Source: Marsupella aquatica
Lineage: Eukaryota > Plantae > Marchantiophyta
Assembly (NCBI GenBank): GCA_973895155.1
Contig: OZ316899.1
Location: 1,449,573-1,513,572, forward strand
Reading direction: 5' to 3'
DNA: 64,000 nt
The notes beneath the pieces were generated by a model that saw nothing but the letters and a program-made list of their open reading frames with translations, did not search any database and had not been told where the DNA came from. This document shows positions 21,672 through 32,677 of this stretch, in pieces. Within the stretch, counting starts at the first letter, position 1. Each line of letters starts with the position of its first letter. Both the position numbers and the translations under genes were made by a program.

Positions 21672-22502
21672 TGTGGGTTTTGGACATGTGTGGACATGAG
21701 TTCCACTTGTATTCCATTCTCTTGTGTTTGTGATGTGGCAGTGTGACTATGTTTGGATGTATGTGACAAGTGATGTATGTTGTGTAGCGATGTGTATGTG
21801 CACGACAGCTGTCACACCATTCTAGGTAGTGTTAGAGTGTATCGTACTATCTAGATCCGTATATTTGGTATGTGTGCTATATGAGCTGATAAGGTTCCGT
21901 TAGGTTTGTGTGAGAGGGTACTTCTCACTTGTGAGGCATTGAAAGGTCATCTTTCAATGTTGAGCCTTGGAGAGGGGAGCTTGTGTGATGGCTATGGTGG
22001 TTGAGAGCTCTCTCTCTATGTAGCATGGATTCCTTGAGTGCAAGGTGCATTGGCTCGACATACATGTGTGATCGGATCGGACAGGATTGAGTGCGTATTG
22101 TTGGCGTCGATCGTTGTGCCGATTGTATTGAGATTATTGTGGGTTTTGGACATGTGTGGACATGAGTTCCACTTGTATTCCATTCTCTTGTGTTTGTGAT
22201 GTGGTAGTGTGACTATGTTTGGATGTATGTGACAAGCGATGTATGTTGTGTAGCGATGTATATGCGCACGACATATGTCAAGCCAACGCACCTTGCACTC
22301 AAGGAATCCACGCTACATAGAAGGAGCTCTCAGCCACCATAGCCACCACACAAGTTTCCCTCTCCAAGGCTCAACAGTGAAAGGTAACCTTTCAATGCCT
22401 CACAAACGTGAACTGAACCCTATCGGCTCGTATAGCACACATATGAAACATATAAACCTAGATAGCATGATACACTCTAATACTACCTAGAATGGTGTGA
22501 CA
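21672..22502. repeat. Rearranged LTR-like block: A-B(+)-C-A-B(-)
   Basis: A = 21672-21807 and 22138-22273 (near identical). B = 21810-22060 and an inverted, more diverged copy at 22276-22502, both with TGTCA...GACA ends. Confidence 0.8.
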
Positions 22503-23318
22503 ATGAAGGGATTCCTTTGCCAAAATGTTTTGGCATGACACTGTATCTCATGCGCCAAATGTTTGTTGCGCATGAAGTAAAATTTCCTTAGCCTTGGGCC
22601 CAAGAGGAGATTTCACTCATTCAAGCCCTCTGAACTCAAAGTCTGTCTAGGGGTCCGGACGATTCGCCCTATGCCCGATCAGTTCAATCCTAGTCTAAGT
22701 CCTTAGTGTGCATCACCTGCTTAGCAGCTTGCTCATGCTAGTGCAATGTCTCATTGCCCACTAGTCACCCCATACTTAGTCCCCATTGGATGGCCTTTCT
22801 AGAGGCCTGAACACTAGAGGAGCTTGGCGCCAGAGTCAACAACGTCAGAGCTAAGTGTTAGGGTAGCTGAGTTCCATAACTCATCAAAGCCATTTACTTT
22901 CCCAACTCATGTAGAGCAATGTTTCTACATTCCATACCCCTTGGACCTAGAGTGGTCGCTTGTCATCACATATGTGCCATGGTCTCGTTCTATTGTTTAA
23001 GAAAACCTAGATATAAATGTTGTCAAACCTAGATGACCCTGAAGGTGAGGACCAAGTGTGAGGGACTGCACATGGGTCCCGACTTGGGTCCAAGTCTAGA
23101 CTATTGATTATGTTATATTTTTTGGTTTGTTATATACAGACATATCTATATGTCCATTTGACAGTTCAATTTCAAATGACATACACATGAAACATATTTG
23201 GATTGTTGTTTTGTGCTTATTTCTCACTATGTAACTTTCACATACACCCACCCTTGTTTTCTCCCTCATTCCCCCCCTTCCACCAATATGACCCTAACCA
23301 TTTTTTCTCCCTCCTCCG

Positions 23319-23666
23319 TGTTGAGTAGAAACAACATTCACAAGGGTAAGCCCATGACACGTATCCAATGCACAAGTGGCCAACACAAGAGTTACGTGGT
23401 TCACCTTCTCGAGGCTACGTCCACGGGAACACACAAGAGAGCTTTACTGAACTCTAAGCCCGTCGGCCATACTGAGTCTCCACAGTGTAAGCTCTCCTTA
23501 TCTCTCTAGTGGCTCTATAACATGAGCCTTAGTTCCACTTATCCAAGCAAACACCGCTTAGGATACAGTGTGCAACTTAGTTAACCTAACCACGTCTTTG
23601 ACTACGGTAACTAGTATAACTATGGTTACATGGCATAACCCTAGACCTGAGACTAAATACCTAAAA
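23319..23666 (-). mobile_element. Diverged solo LTR of the Copia A/B family
   Basis: Shares GGCTACGTCCACGGGAACACACAAGAGAGCTTTACTGAACTCTAAGCCCGTCGGC with the LTRs at 24552 and 31171. No clear TSD. Confidence 0.8.
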
Positions 23667-23946
23667 CTTTGCATCCTTGTAGCCCCCTTCCTTCCTCCCT
23701 CCCTTATCCCTCCTCCATCCACTAATATAACCCTACCCATTCTTTCTCTATCCTCCACATCTTTGTACCCACCTCTTCATCCCTTCCTCTTCCCTCCTCC
23801 ATCCACCAATATGACGCTTGTCATTTTCCCTCCTCCATATCCTTGCAACCCCGTACTCCTCCCTCCTTCGTCTCTCCTCCCTCCTCCATCCCACCATTCC
23901 ACCTTCTCGATGTTTTACCTTAAAAAAAACAGGTTTAAAGTTTGCA

Positions 23947-23974
23947 AGGGTTTAGGGTTTAGGGTTTAGGGTTT
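23947..23974 (+). repeat. Short interstitial telomeric repeat (TTTAGGG)3
   Basis: AGGG-TTTAGGG-TTTAGGG-TTTAGGG-TTT. Confidence 0.9.
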
Positions 23975-24551
23975 ATATACCCCCATCTCAACGTCTACAC
24001 AAAGTAAAATGTTACACACTTTTTCCATACAACTTGTTTCTCTAAATTGCGAAAACCATAACATCTCACTTTTTCTATTTAAAATGATTCCCAAAATACC
24101 CAGATTATTAGATTCGTAACTTATCAATACTATTTGTTTGGTAAAACAACCATCATAAAATTTTCGTAAATATTTTGAAGTTATAACTTTTGCAACTATG
24201 CCATTCAAACACCATCATAATCTTAATGAAGTAGAAACTCTTGCAATGTATTTGCCATACAAAATATTTTGCAATTGTAGATGCAAATTGTTTTGGATGT
24301 GCGGAGCGATCATGACGCCTTCTTATGCAATATTTTCATCTGTGTAGTTTTGCTAATTATTACAATGCAATGAAACTTGCAAATTATTTGCAAAGATATT
24401 GGATTTGGAATGTAGTGTTGTGATGAATTCAGGATGGCAAAGTATGAAGCATGTTGTTTTGCCATAGTTGCAGTGCACTCTCCATGGCAAATCTCCAAGG
24501 GACAAAGAAACCACCTTCGCAAAATGGCCAAATATGTAGTAGTGCATGTTT

Positions 24552-27500
24552 TGTTGAGCATAGACGATACTCGTAACGGTAAGCACATGACACATCCAAC
24601 GCGCAAGTAGTCGACACAAGAGATACGTGGTTCACCTCCTCGAGGCTACGTCCACGGGAACACACAAGAGAGCTTTACTGAACTCTAAGCCCGTCGGCTA
24701 TACCAAGTCTCCACAGTGTAAGCTCTCCTCATCTCTCAAATGGCTCCATAACAATGAGCCTAAGTTCCACTTATCCAAGCAAACACCGCTTGGCATATAG
24801 TGTGCATCCTAGTTAACCTAACCACGTCTCCGACTACGGTTAGTCTAACTATGGTTACATGTCGTAACCCTAGACCTTGAGTAAATACCTAACAATCTCC
24901 CCCTTGACTCTGGTCTAGGGGAGGGTAATACTGCTAACCTATATGATTCCTCAGCGGGAAGTTCTGGACGAAAACCAACATGGTTTCTCCTCTCTAACTA
25001 GAGCAAACCAGAACTAAGCCGTAGCCTATTACTAGGAGTGAAGAAGAGCATATATCAGTAATTACAGCGAATGTTAAGAAAAACCCTTACTTGTGATGCA
25101 ATTGCAAAACCTGCAGCATGTCACGATGTCTAGAAAAACTTTCCGAAGGAATCACTTTGGTAAATGCATCAGCTGGGTTGAGTTTACCGTCTATCTTGAC
25201 TAGCTCAAACAAATTATCAGACACAGCCTGCCTGATAAAATGGTACCTGATGTCTATGTGCTTCACTCTACTGTCCATCACCTGGTTCACAGCAAGGTGG
25301 AGCGCACTTTGACTATCACAATGGAGCTTCACATTCCCCTGTGGCAATCCCATTTCAGTGATAAGTCTATCCAACCAAATCGCTTCCTTCGTTGCTTCCG
25401 CTACTGCAACATACTCCGCTTCTGTAGTAGACTGAGCAATACACTTTTGCAAAGTAGACCTCCAACTTATGCATCCACCGCCAAGTGTGAACACGTACCC
25501 TGTTGTTGATCTCCTTTGGTCCAGATCTTGTCCATAGTCAGAATCTACATAGCCAATCAATGATCTTGCATTCTTTGCATTTGCATCAAATAAAAGACCA
25601 TGATCCACGGTACCCTTCAAGTACCTGATAATCCACTTCACTGCTTCCCAGTGTACCTTCCCTGGATTTGACATGTACCTGCTCACCTTGCCCATAGCCA
25701 TGGCAAGATCAGGTCTAGTGCAAGTCATCAAATACATGAGACTTCCCACTGCCTTATCATAAGGAACCTTTGACATCAGCCCCTTCTTTGTCGCATCTAT
25801 GGGACAAAAAGTTGATGACAATTTGAAGTGTGCAGCCAAAGGGGTACTTACTGGCTTGCTATCCCCCATGTTGAACCTAGGAATTACTTTCCTCGCATAA
25901 CTGCTTTGTGTCAACCATAGCTTACCAGCCTCCAAGTCCCTAGTGATCTCCATACCCAAAATCCTCTTAGCTGGCCCTAGGTCCTTCATCTTAAACTCTG
26001 CACTTAGCAGTGCCTTAAGCTTAACAATCTCAGACCTATCCTTGGCCGCAATAAGCATGTCATCCACATAAAGTACTAAAACAATAAACCCAAAGACAAC
26101 ATTCTTCACCGGTTTCAAATATACACAAGGGTCAAACACACTCCTGTGAAAACCTTGTGACCGAATCCAATCGTCAAACCGCTTGTTCCACCATCTTGGT
26201 GACTGCTTCAACCCATACAAGGATTTCAGCAATCTGCAAACCAATTCCTCTTGTCCTCTCTTCACAAAACCTAGCGGCTGTCTCATGAAGATCACCTCTT
26301 CCAAGGTGCCATAGAGGAAAGCTGTGACAACATCCATCTGATCTAGCAGCAAACCAAACATTACAACAAGTACACACAATAGCCGTATTGTAGAGTACTT
26401 AGCAACTGGTGAGAAGACCTCATTGTAATCCACACCTTTTTCCTGTGTGAATCCCTTGGCTACCAACCTAGCCTTGTAGACCTTTGATCCACCTCCCGTA
26501 GACTGATCCTTCAGTTTGTATATCCATTTACTGTCCACCACTTGCTGACCCTTAGGTAGCTTAACAAGCTCCCAAGTTTTGTTGTCCTTCAATGACTGCA
26601 TCTCCATTTGCATTGCTGCAGTCCACTTTTGCTTCTCCTTTGAAGCACTTGCCTCATGAAATGAAGAAGGTTCCCCTTCTTCCAAAATTAACGCATCACC
26701 CTCATCATCAGCTGAAAAATTGTCCTCTTGCAGTTGAGATGAATCAACCCACTGTCCATACCTAGGAGGAGCGCGTACAATGCAACCAGATGTTCTTCTA
26801 GCCAATGACTCCAGTTGAATTGCGTCTACTGGTACAATTTGAAGCTCAGCAGCATCCACTTGCTGTTCACCAGCATCAACAAACTCCTCTTGTTCCTCTG
26901 GCATAGGAACCAGCTCCATGCTTGGAGCACCTCCTTCTCTCCAATCATGCACTTCATGATCAATCTCCCCCTCAATGAGATCTGGGATAGGAGATTTCCT
27001 TTTGTTAGTACGGGAGACCTGAGTATTCTCTCCCTCCTTCAATAATCTGGATTCATTGAAGGAAACATCCCTACTGACAACAAGCTTACAGGCAATAGGA
27101 TCCCATAGCCTGTAGGCCTTCACACCACTCTGATACCCAAGAAAAATACATTTCTTGGACGTAGGATCCAACTTGGTCCTATTCTGTTTTGGGGTGAGAG
27201 CATATGCATCACTTCCAAAAACTACCAAGCCATGATAGTCTGCTTGCCGCTTATAACGCATTTCAAACGGCGTTTTGAAATTGATTGCACTAGAAAGAGA
27301 AAGATTTACCAAATAAGCTGCAGTATTGACAGCTTCTGCCCAAAATTCCTGTGATAAACCTGATTGGCTCAACATACTCCGTGACCGCTCCAATAGTGTT
27401 CGATTGAGCCTCTTAGCGACACCATTCTGCTGCGGAGTATAAACTGTGGTGAGATGACGAGTTATCCCCTGTTCTGCACAATACTCTTCAAATTCTATTG

Positions 27501-30500
27501 AAGTGTACTCCCCGCCGTTATCTGACCTCAGACTCTTCACCCTGGTATCCAAACACTTAACCGTGTTTCCCATCTGATTCTCCACTTGGGCCTTCCACTT
27601 TGTAAAAATCGACAAGACATCAGACTTATGCGTCATAAAATAAATTCATACAAATCTTGAGTAATCGTCAATGAAGGATACATAGTACAATTTTCCAGAT
27701 TGTGAGGGAGTCGGAGATGGTCCCCACACATCACTATGTATGTACTCAAGAACCGCTTTGGAACAATGAGTTCCAACACCGAAAGCACGACGATGCTGCT
27801 TTCCAAGAATGCAATGTTCACAGAACTCTAATTTACAAGATTGCAAATTAGAAATGAGTCCATTCTTCCGTAAGATAGCCAAACCCTTTTCACTCATGTG
27901 GCCTAGCCGTGAATGCCACAGTTGAGTCATTTCCTCGTGAGACTTGGTTACATTGGCCTCTCCATATACTGTATTGCCCTGCAACACATACAAATTCTTC
28001 TGTTTGCTCCCCTTCAAAATCACTGTCTCTCCCGACATGACTTAAAGTTCACCATCAATTACTCGCCATTGATGACCATTTGTATCCAACACACCGAGTG
28101 AAATCAAATTCTTACGCATGCCATGTACAAACCTGACTCCGGACACTATGCGCACAATGCCATCAAACATTTGAATCTTTACAGATCCAATACCCTCAAC
28201 TCGACAGGAGTGATCATTTCCCATCAAAACTGAACCGTTTGACACAGAATAAGAATTGAAATACTCGTGAATGTAACAAATATGAAAAGAGCAAGCACAA
28301 TCAAGAATCCACACATCATTTTCTCTCCTAGATGATGTGCACAGGGCATACTCCTGACTTCATAAAACATACTCATCATTGAGTAAATCAACTTCTCCAT
28401 CAGCACTAGCCACATTGGCTGATGAAGATTCAACTGCCTTACCCTTACAATCCCTCTTAACGTGACCAACCTTGTGACACTTCCAGCAGACTACTGGCTT
28501 TCTCTCCTGGGACTTCCCCCTTGAAGCAAATCTTGTCCTAGATTTACTTCGTCCCTTGCCATTTGTGCGCTGCTCGGGACGCCGCTGTGACCTCCCACAA
28601 TTCACATTCCAGGCAGCACCAGATGATGATGCTGTTTGGGCTTGACCCAACTTCTTCTGTGCATCATCTGACAGCAAAGAGCTTACCACCTCATCGTATG
28701 AAATAGACTTCAAGTCTCTATACAAGAGAACCTGCTTCAAACCCTGATAAGATGAGGGTAAGGAGCTGAGAAGAAGCAAGGCCTTGTTCTCTTCTTCAAC
28801 GCCCTTACCGAGATTAGACAAATCAATAGCTAGGCTATCAAATTCATCCAAGTGATCCTGGAGATTGTTCCCCTCTTTGAGCCGAAGGCTCATTAAGAGA
28901 GACTTCTTGTACAATCGATCTGATGCATCCTCCCGATAGTACTTCTCCCTTAGGGCTTTGAATAGAGATGCACCATCTGCGTAGTCATCCAACTTCTTGA
29001 TGATATGCGGCTTCAGATAAAGCATCACCGCATTCACTGCAATTACTTGTTCCTGCCTTCACCTCTTTAGTGGAATCTCCTCCTCATCATCATACATCTC
29101 TCGTGTAGAGAGAAGATGATCTAGGCCCATAGCGCGAAGAACTCCTTTCACTTGCTTCTCCTAGAGCAAGTAGTCCGTATGCCCATCATATTTTTCCACC
29201 TCAAACTTGACACCTCCGAACCTGGATGCCATCTGTTTTTCCTTCACAATCCCTTCTACTCGCTGCATCGGTGATTGTACCGGTGTCACGTGCGCTTCCT
29301 CCTGCTCCTCTCTCTCCTCCTCAAACCGTCGTGGTGATCCTCGTGCTTCAAGATCCACTTCTTCAAAAATCTCCTCCGAATCACTCATGTCAGAATGCAA
29401 GAAAAAATGATGTTTTTTCAACTTCTTCAAAAAACTCAAAACTCATCACCGCCGCGTAGCCCACAAGCCTAGCTCTCCAATGCTGAAAACCAAAATCAAA
29501 AACGAACTCCGATGTAAAAGTTATTCACTTTTTGGTCGGGGTGGGTAAAACTTGGAATTCTCCCCCGTTTTGACCACCTTGGGGAATAACCAAAAAGTGA
29601 ACTAGTACCCAACATCGGAAATGCAATTCAATTTGTGCACCGCGTTGGCAACTCCGATGGCTAGCAACTTGCCAAAGACGAACGAAAAAAATTACCTTTC
29701 GGCGGACGGAATCTTTGACGGACGGCCAAAAACACGCTCTCTATTTTTCAGGAATATTCCTGCACAGAGCAGCAGGGCTCATAGGGGGCCGTTCCCCCTG
29801 TCCAAGCGGTTAAAGTAGAGGGCGGCAGGTCCCGGGATGTGGCAGCCAATCAGAAGGGAGGAAAAAGAAAAAAGAAAAAAGGGTCTAAAGGGGGTTGGGG
29901 ACCCCTTTTTAAATCAGGCGTATAAGGCCAGGGTATGCGCAGGGGTATCGCGCGGCAGCGGCATACCGGCAGGCAGGATCGGGAGGCAAGGGCGGGCCGG
30001 CGAGGGTGCAGCCGGGAAACGGCTGCCGGGAGCTTAGGGTGTGCAAGGGCAGCCCGCGGGCTATGAGGGTCCGACAGGGTTGGGGAGGGCACGGGGCAGA
30101 CGGCCGGCGCTGCGTGGCCGTGGTCGGGGTGTGGTGTACGTGGGGAGGGTGAAGGGGGGGGAACGTGTCGACGGCAGGGAGGGGCGAGGTAAGGTGTGTA
30201 TACACACCCGCACTTTGTGTGTATACACACAAAGTGCCAATAAATGCCCCTTATAGCCCCTCAACAATACAAAGGATTTAACCCCAAAGAAGTCAAATTC
30301 AGACGCACCACCGGTAAGGGTCCGAAAAAAAAATCAAAAAATTCTCTCCAATGTGGAACGGAGGTCTCTAGAGAGAGAGAGAGTCGTAAATGGAGTATTT
30401 TTTGAATAAAAAATTAGCCCGTAAGAAATCCAAAAAACCTTGTGGAAATCAAACGAGAAGAGCTTGCACCTTGTAACGTTCGGATTATGGTGAGGAATCA

Positions 30501-31513
30501 GAAACCAATGTTGGTGGGTTGGAAAGATTTGCGCACCCGCATCGTTTGCTGGTCAATCAGTGGCAAAAACTCAGAACTCCTTCCTCCCGTGGGCAAAATC
30601 ATCAATCTTGGACTCAAAACGATCACCTCTTCGTGATCTATCCGTTTAGCCCAAGCACTTCACGTCTCTCCCTCCGAGTCGAGCGCAATGATGAGAAACC
30701 CCGCTCAGGCAAAAGAGGACTCCATAGCCGGTCAGAAAATCAGAATGCTTCTTTTGCTCATTGCGATGCACTCGTTACACACTCGGCGACAAACCATCTA
30801 CCAAAACGATCAGCTCGTCCCGATCTACAAGCAGAGCTACAGCATGTGACGCCTCCTTCGCCGTAGAGCTTACACCGTCGGGAAAACAAACTCTGGTCGC
30901 TCTCCAAAAAACCGTCGAACACGAATGTTGCCAACTTTCTTCATAAATTCCAGAACGATAAAAACTTAGATCTCTCCGCCCCACGATCTCCGTTCAACGA
31001 TTTCTTTGCACCGTTAGAAAGCCCTTGCCCCGATCTATCCGCTGAGCCTATAAACTCCAAGTTCCATACAACGGAACTCCGGGAAATCCACCGACACTCA
31101 ACGCTGAAAAAAACAGTCACAAAATCCCGTCACGAACAATGTCACCTCCCAGGCATGCTCTGATACCAATTGTTGAGCATAGACGATACTCGTAACGGTA
31201 AGCACATGACACATCCAATGCGCAAGTAGTCGACACAAGAGATACGTGGTTCACCTCCTCGAGGCTACGTCCACGGGAACACACAAGAGAGCTTTACTGA
31301 ACTCTAAGCCCGTCGGCTATACCAAGTCTCCACAGTGTAAGCTCTCCTCATCTCTCAAGTGGCTCCATAACAATGAGCCTAAGTTCCACTTATCCAAGCA
31401 AACACTGCTTGGCATATAGTGTGCATCCTAGTTAACCTAACCACGTCTCCGACTACGGTTAGTCTAACTATGGTTACATGTCGTAACCCTAGACCTTGAG
31501 TAAATACCTAACA
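24552..31513 (-). mobile_element. Full-length Ty1/Copia element B with long 5' leader
   Basis: 343-bp LTRs 24552-24894 and 31171-31513, TSD TGTTT, iMet PBS at about 31157-31168, gag 28360-29400, pol 25087-28359 with a few stops. Confidence 0.97.
25087..29400 (-). pseudogene. gag-pol: Copia B gag-pol with premature stops
   Basis: ORF segments 29161-29439, 28360-29037, 28042-28314, 27646-28038 and 25087-27636. Pol is highly similar to Copia A. Confidence 0.93.
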
Positions 31514-32677
31514 TGTTTCACATTTTCTGTCTAGTTAGAACTGACAATTTCTTACAATGACTTTGCATTTTCATTTTTTTTACTTGCAAGGGGTTGTGTT
31601 CAAATATTGGCTTTGTGCTTGAATTTGGCCTTGTTATATGACTCATGAATTTTGTACAGTTTGTGCTCAATACGGAACACTTTAGGGTCAAAACTCATAC
31701 ACAATGCCAACATTCAAACACAATGCCTGGGCATTGTGTCTAAAACGTTGTGTTCAAGTTAAAATGTCTTTTTTGCCATGGGACCTCAAAATTTCCATTT
31801 TTGGGCCATTTTCAAACACAATGCCACGGCGCTGTGTTTGGTGGAAGACGGTAGGCAAAACATATGTGCACACATTTGATACCAACACCTTCCATGCCTT
31901 CCAAATATTTTCAGTCTGTAAACTTCTCAGAACCTCTGTAAGTTGTTGAGGTCAAAAGGTATGTTGACAGGAACAAACGTTGGCCCAGGTTAAATAAGGG
32001 ACCAAGGAATGGAATGGTAAATCTTACAAGAGTAAGTGAAGCAGGGGCCAAAAAAGGGAGAGACAAATTAGCTGGAGTAACCCAAATGAAAAAATATGAT
32101 TGCTCAATCTATGTAAAACATTGCTTGATGGAAAAAAATTGAAGGTCAATATAGTTGAATAGGGGGTGCATTTCCGAGGGAGGTCATTTTGCATCTTGAA
32201 AGTGGTCTGCGGCGTTTAAAAATGTTGAATACTACAGTAGATTAAAGTCTGGTTTAATGTGCAATAGACAAACTACGGTGGTTGCTATTTTGCCATCTCT
32301 CCGATAACGTGAGAAATTCCCAGAAAATCCTTTCCCGGAATGCCATGTGTACGTTGGGCTCGGTCATTTATGAACTCTGTGGTACGGTAATATGCACCCA
32401 AGGTGGCAGCAGCAGACCGGGTGGGCTGTTGTGCCACGGCGCTAAAGTGAGCATTGAAGGGAGGGATTCGTTCTGAGCTACGGGCTAGAGCGGGTAGGGA
32501 CGAGAAACCAGCAGTGCGGCGGGAGCAGCGAACAAGGGGGTTTGCGACGGCGAAAGGAAGTATTGAATACGGGCTGGGTTGAGTGGAATTATTGGTGAAA
32601 GGATTAAATTAGGGGCGGCATAGCGAGGGGTTCCATAAATACTTGCATTTTGGAGAGGCATTGCAGCCAATCACGCG

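Noticed and set aside
21672-22502. DIRS-like inverted terminal repeats
   Set aside because: The element encodes a DDE integrase and has a PPT; no tyrosine recombinase was seen.
23947-23974. Sign of a chromosome end
   Set aside because: Only three repeats, embedded in interspersed-repeat DNA.
29837-30267. Overlapping Pro/Arg/Gly-rich ORFs, also at 53424-53958
   Set aside because: These are stop-poor frames expected in GC-rich leader DNA; frames are not conserved between B and C.
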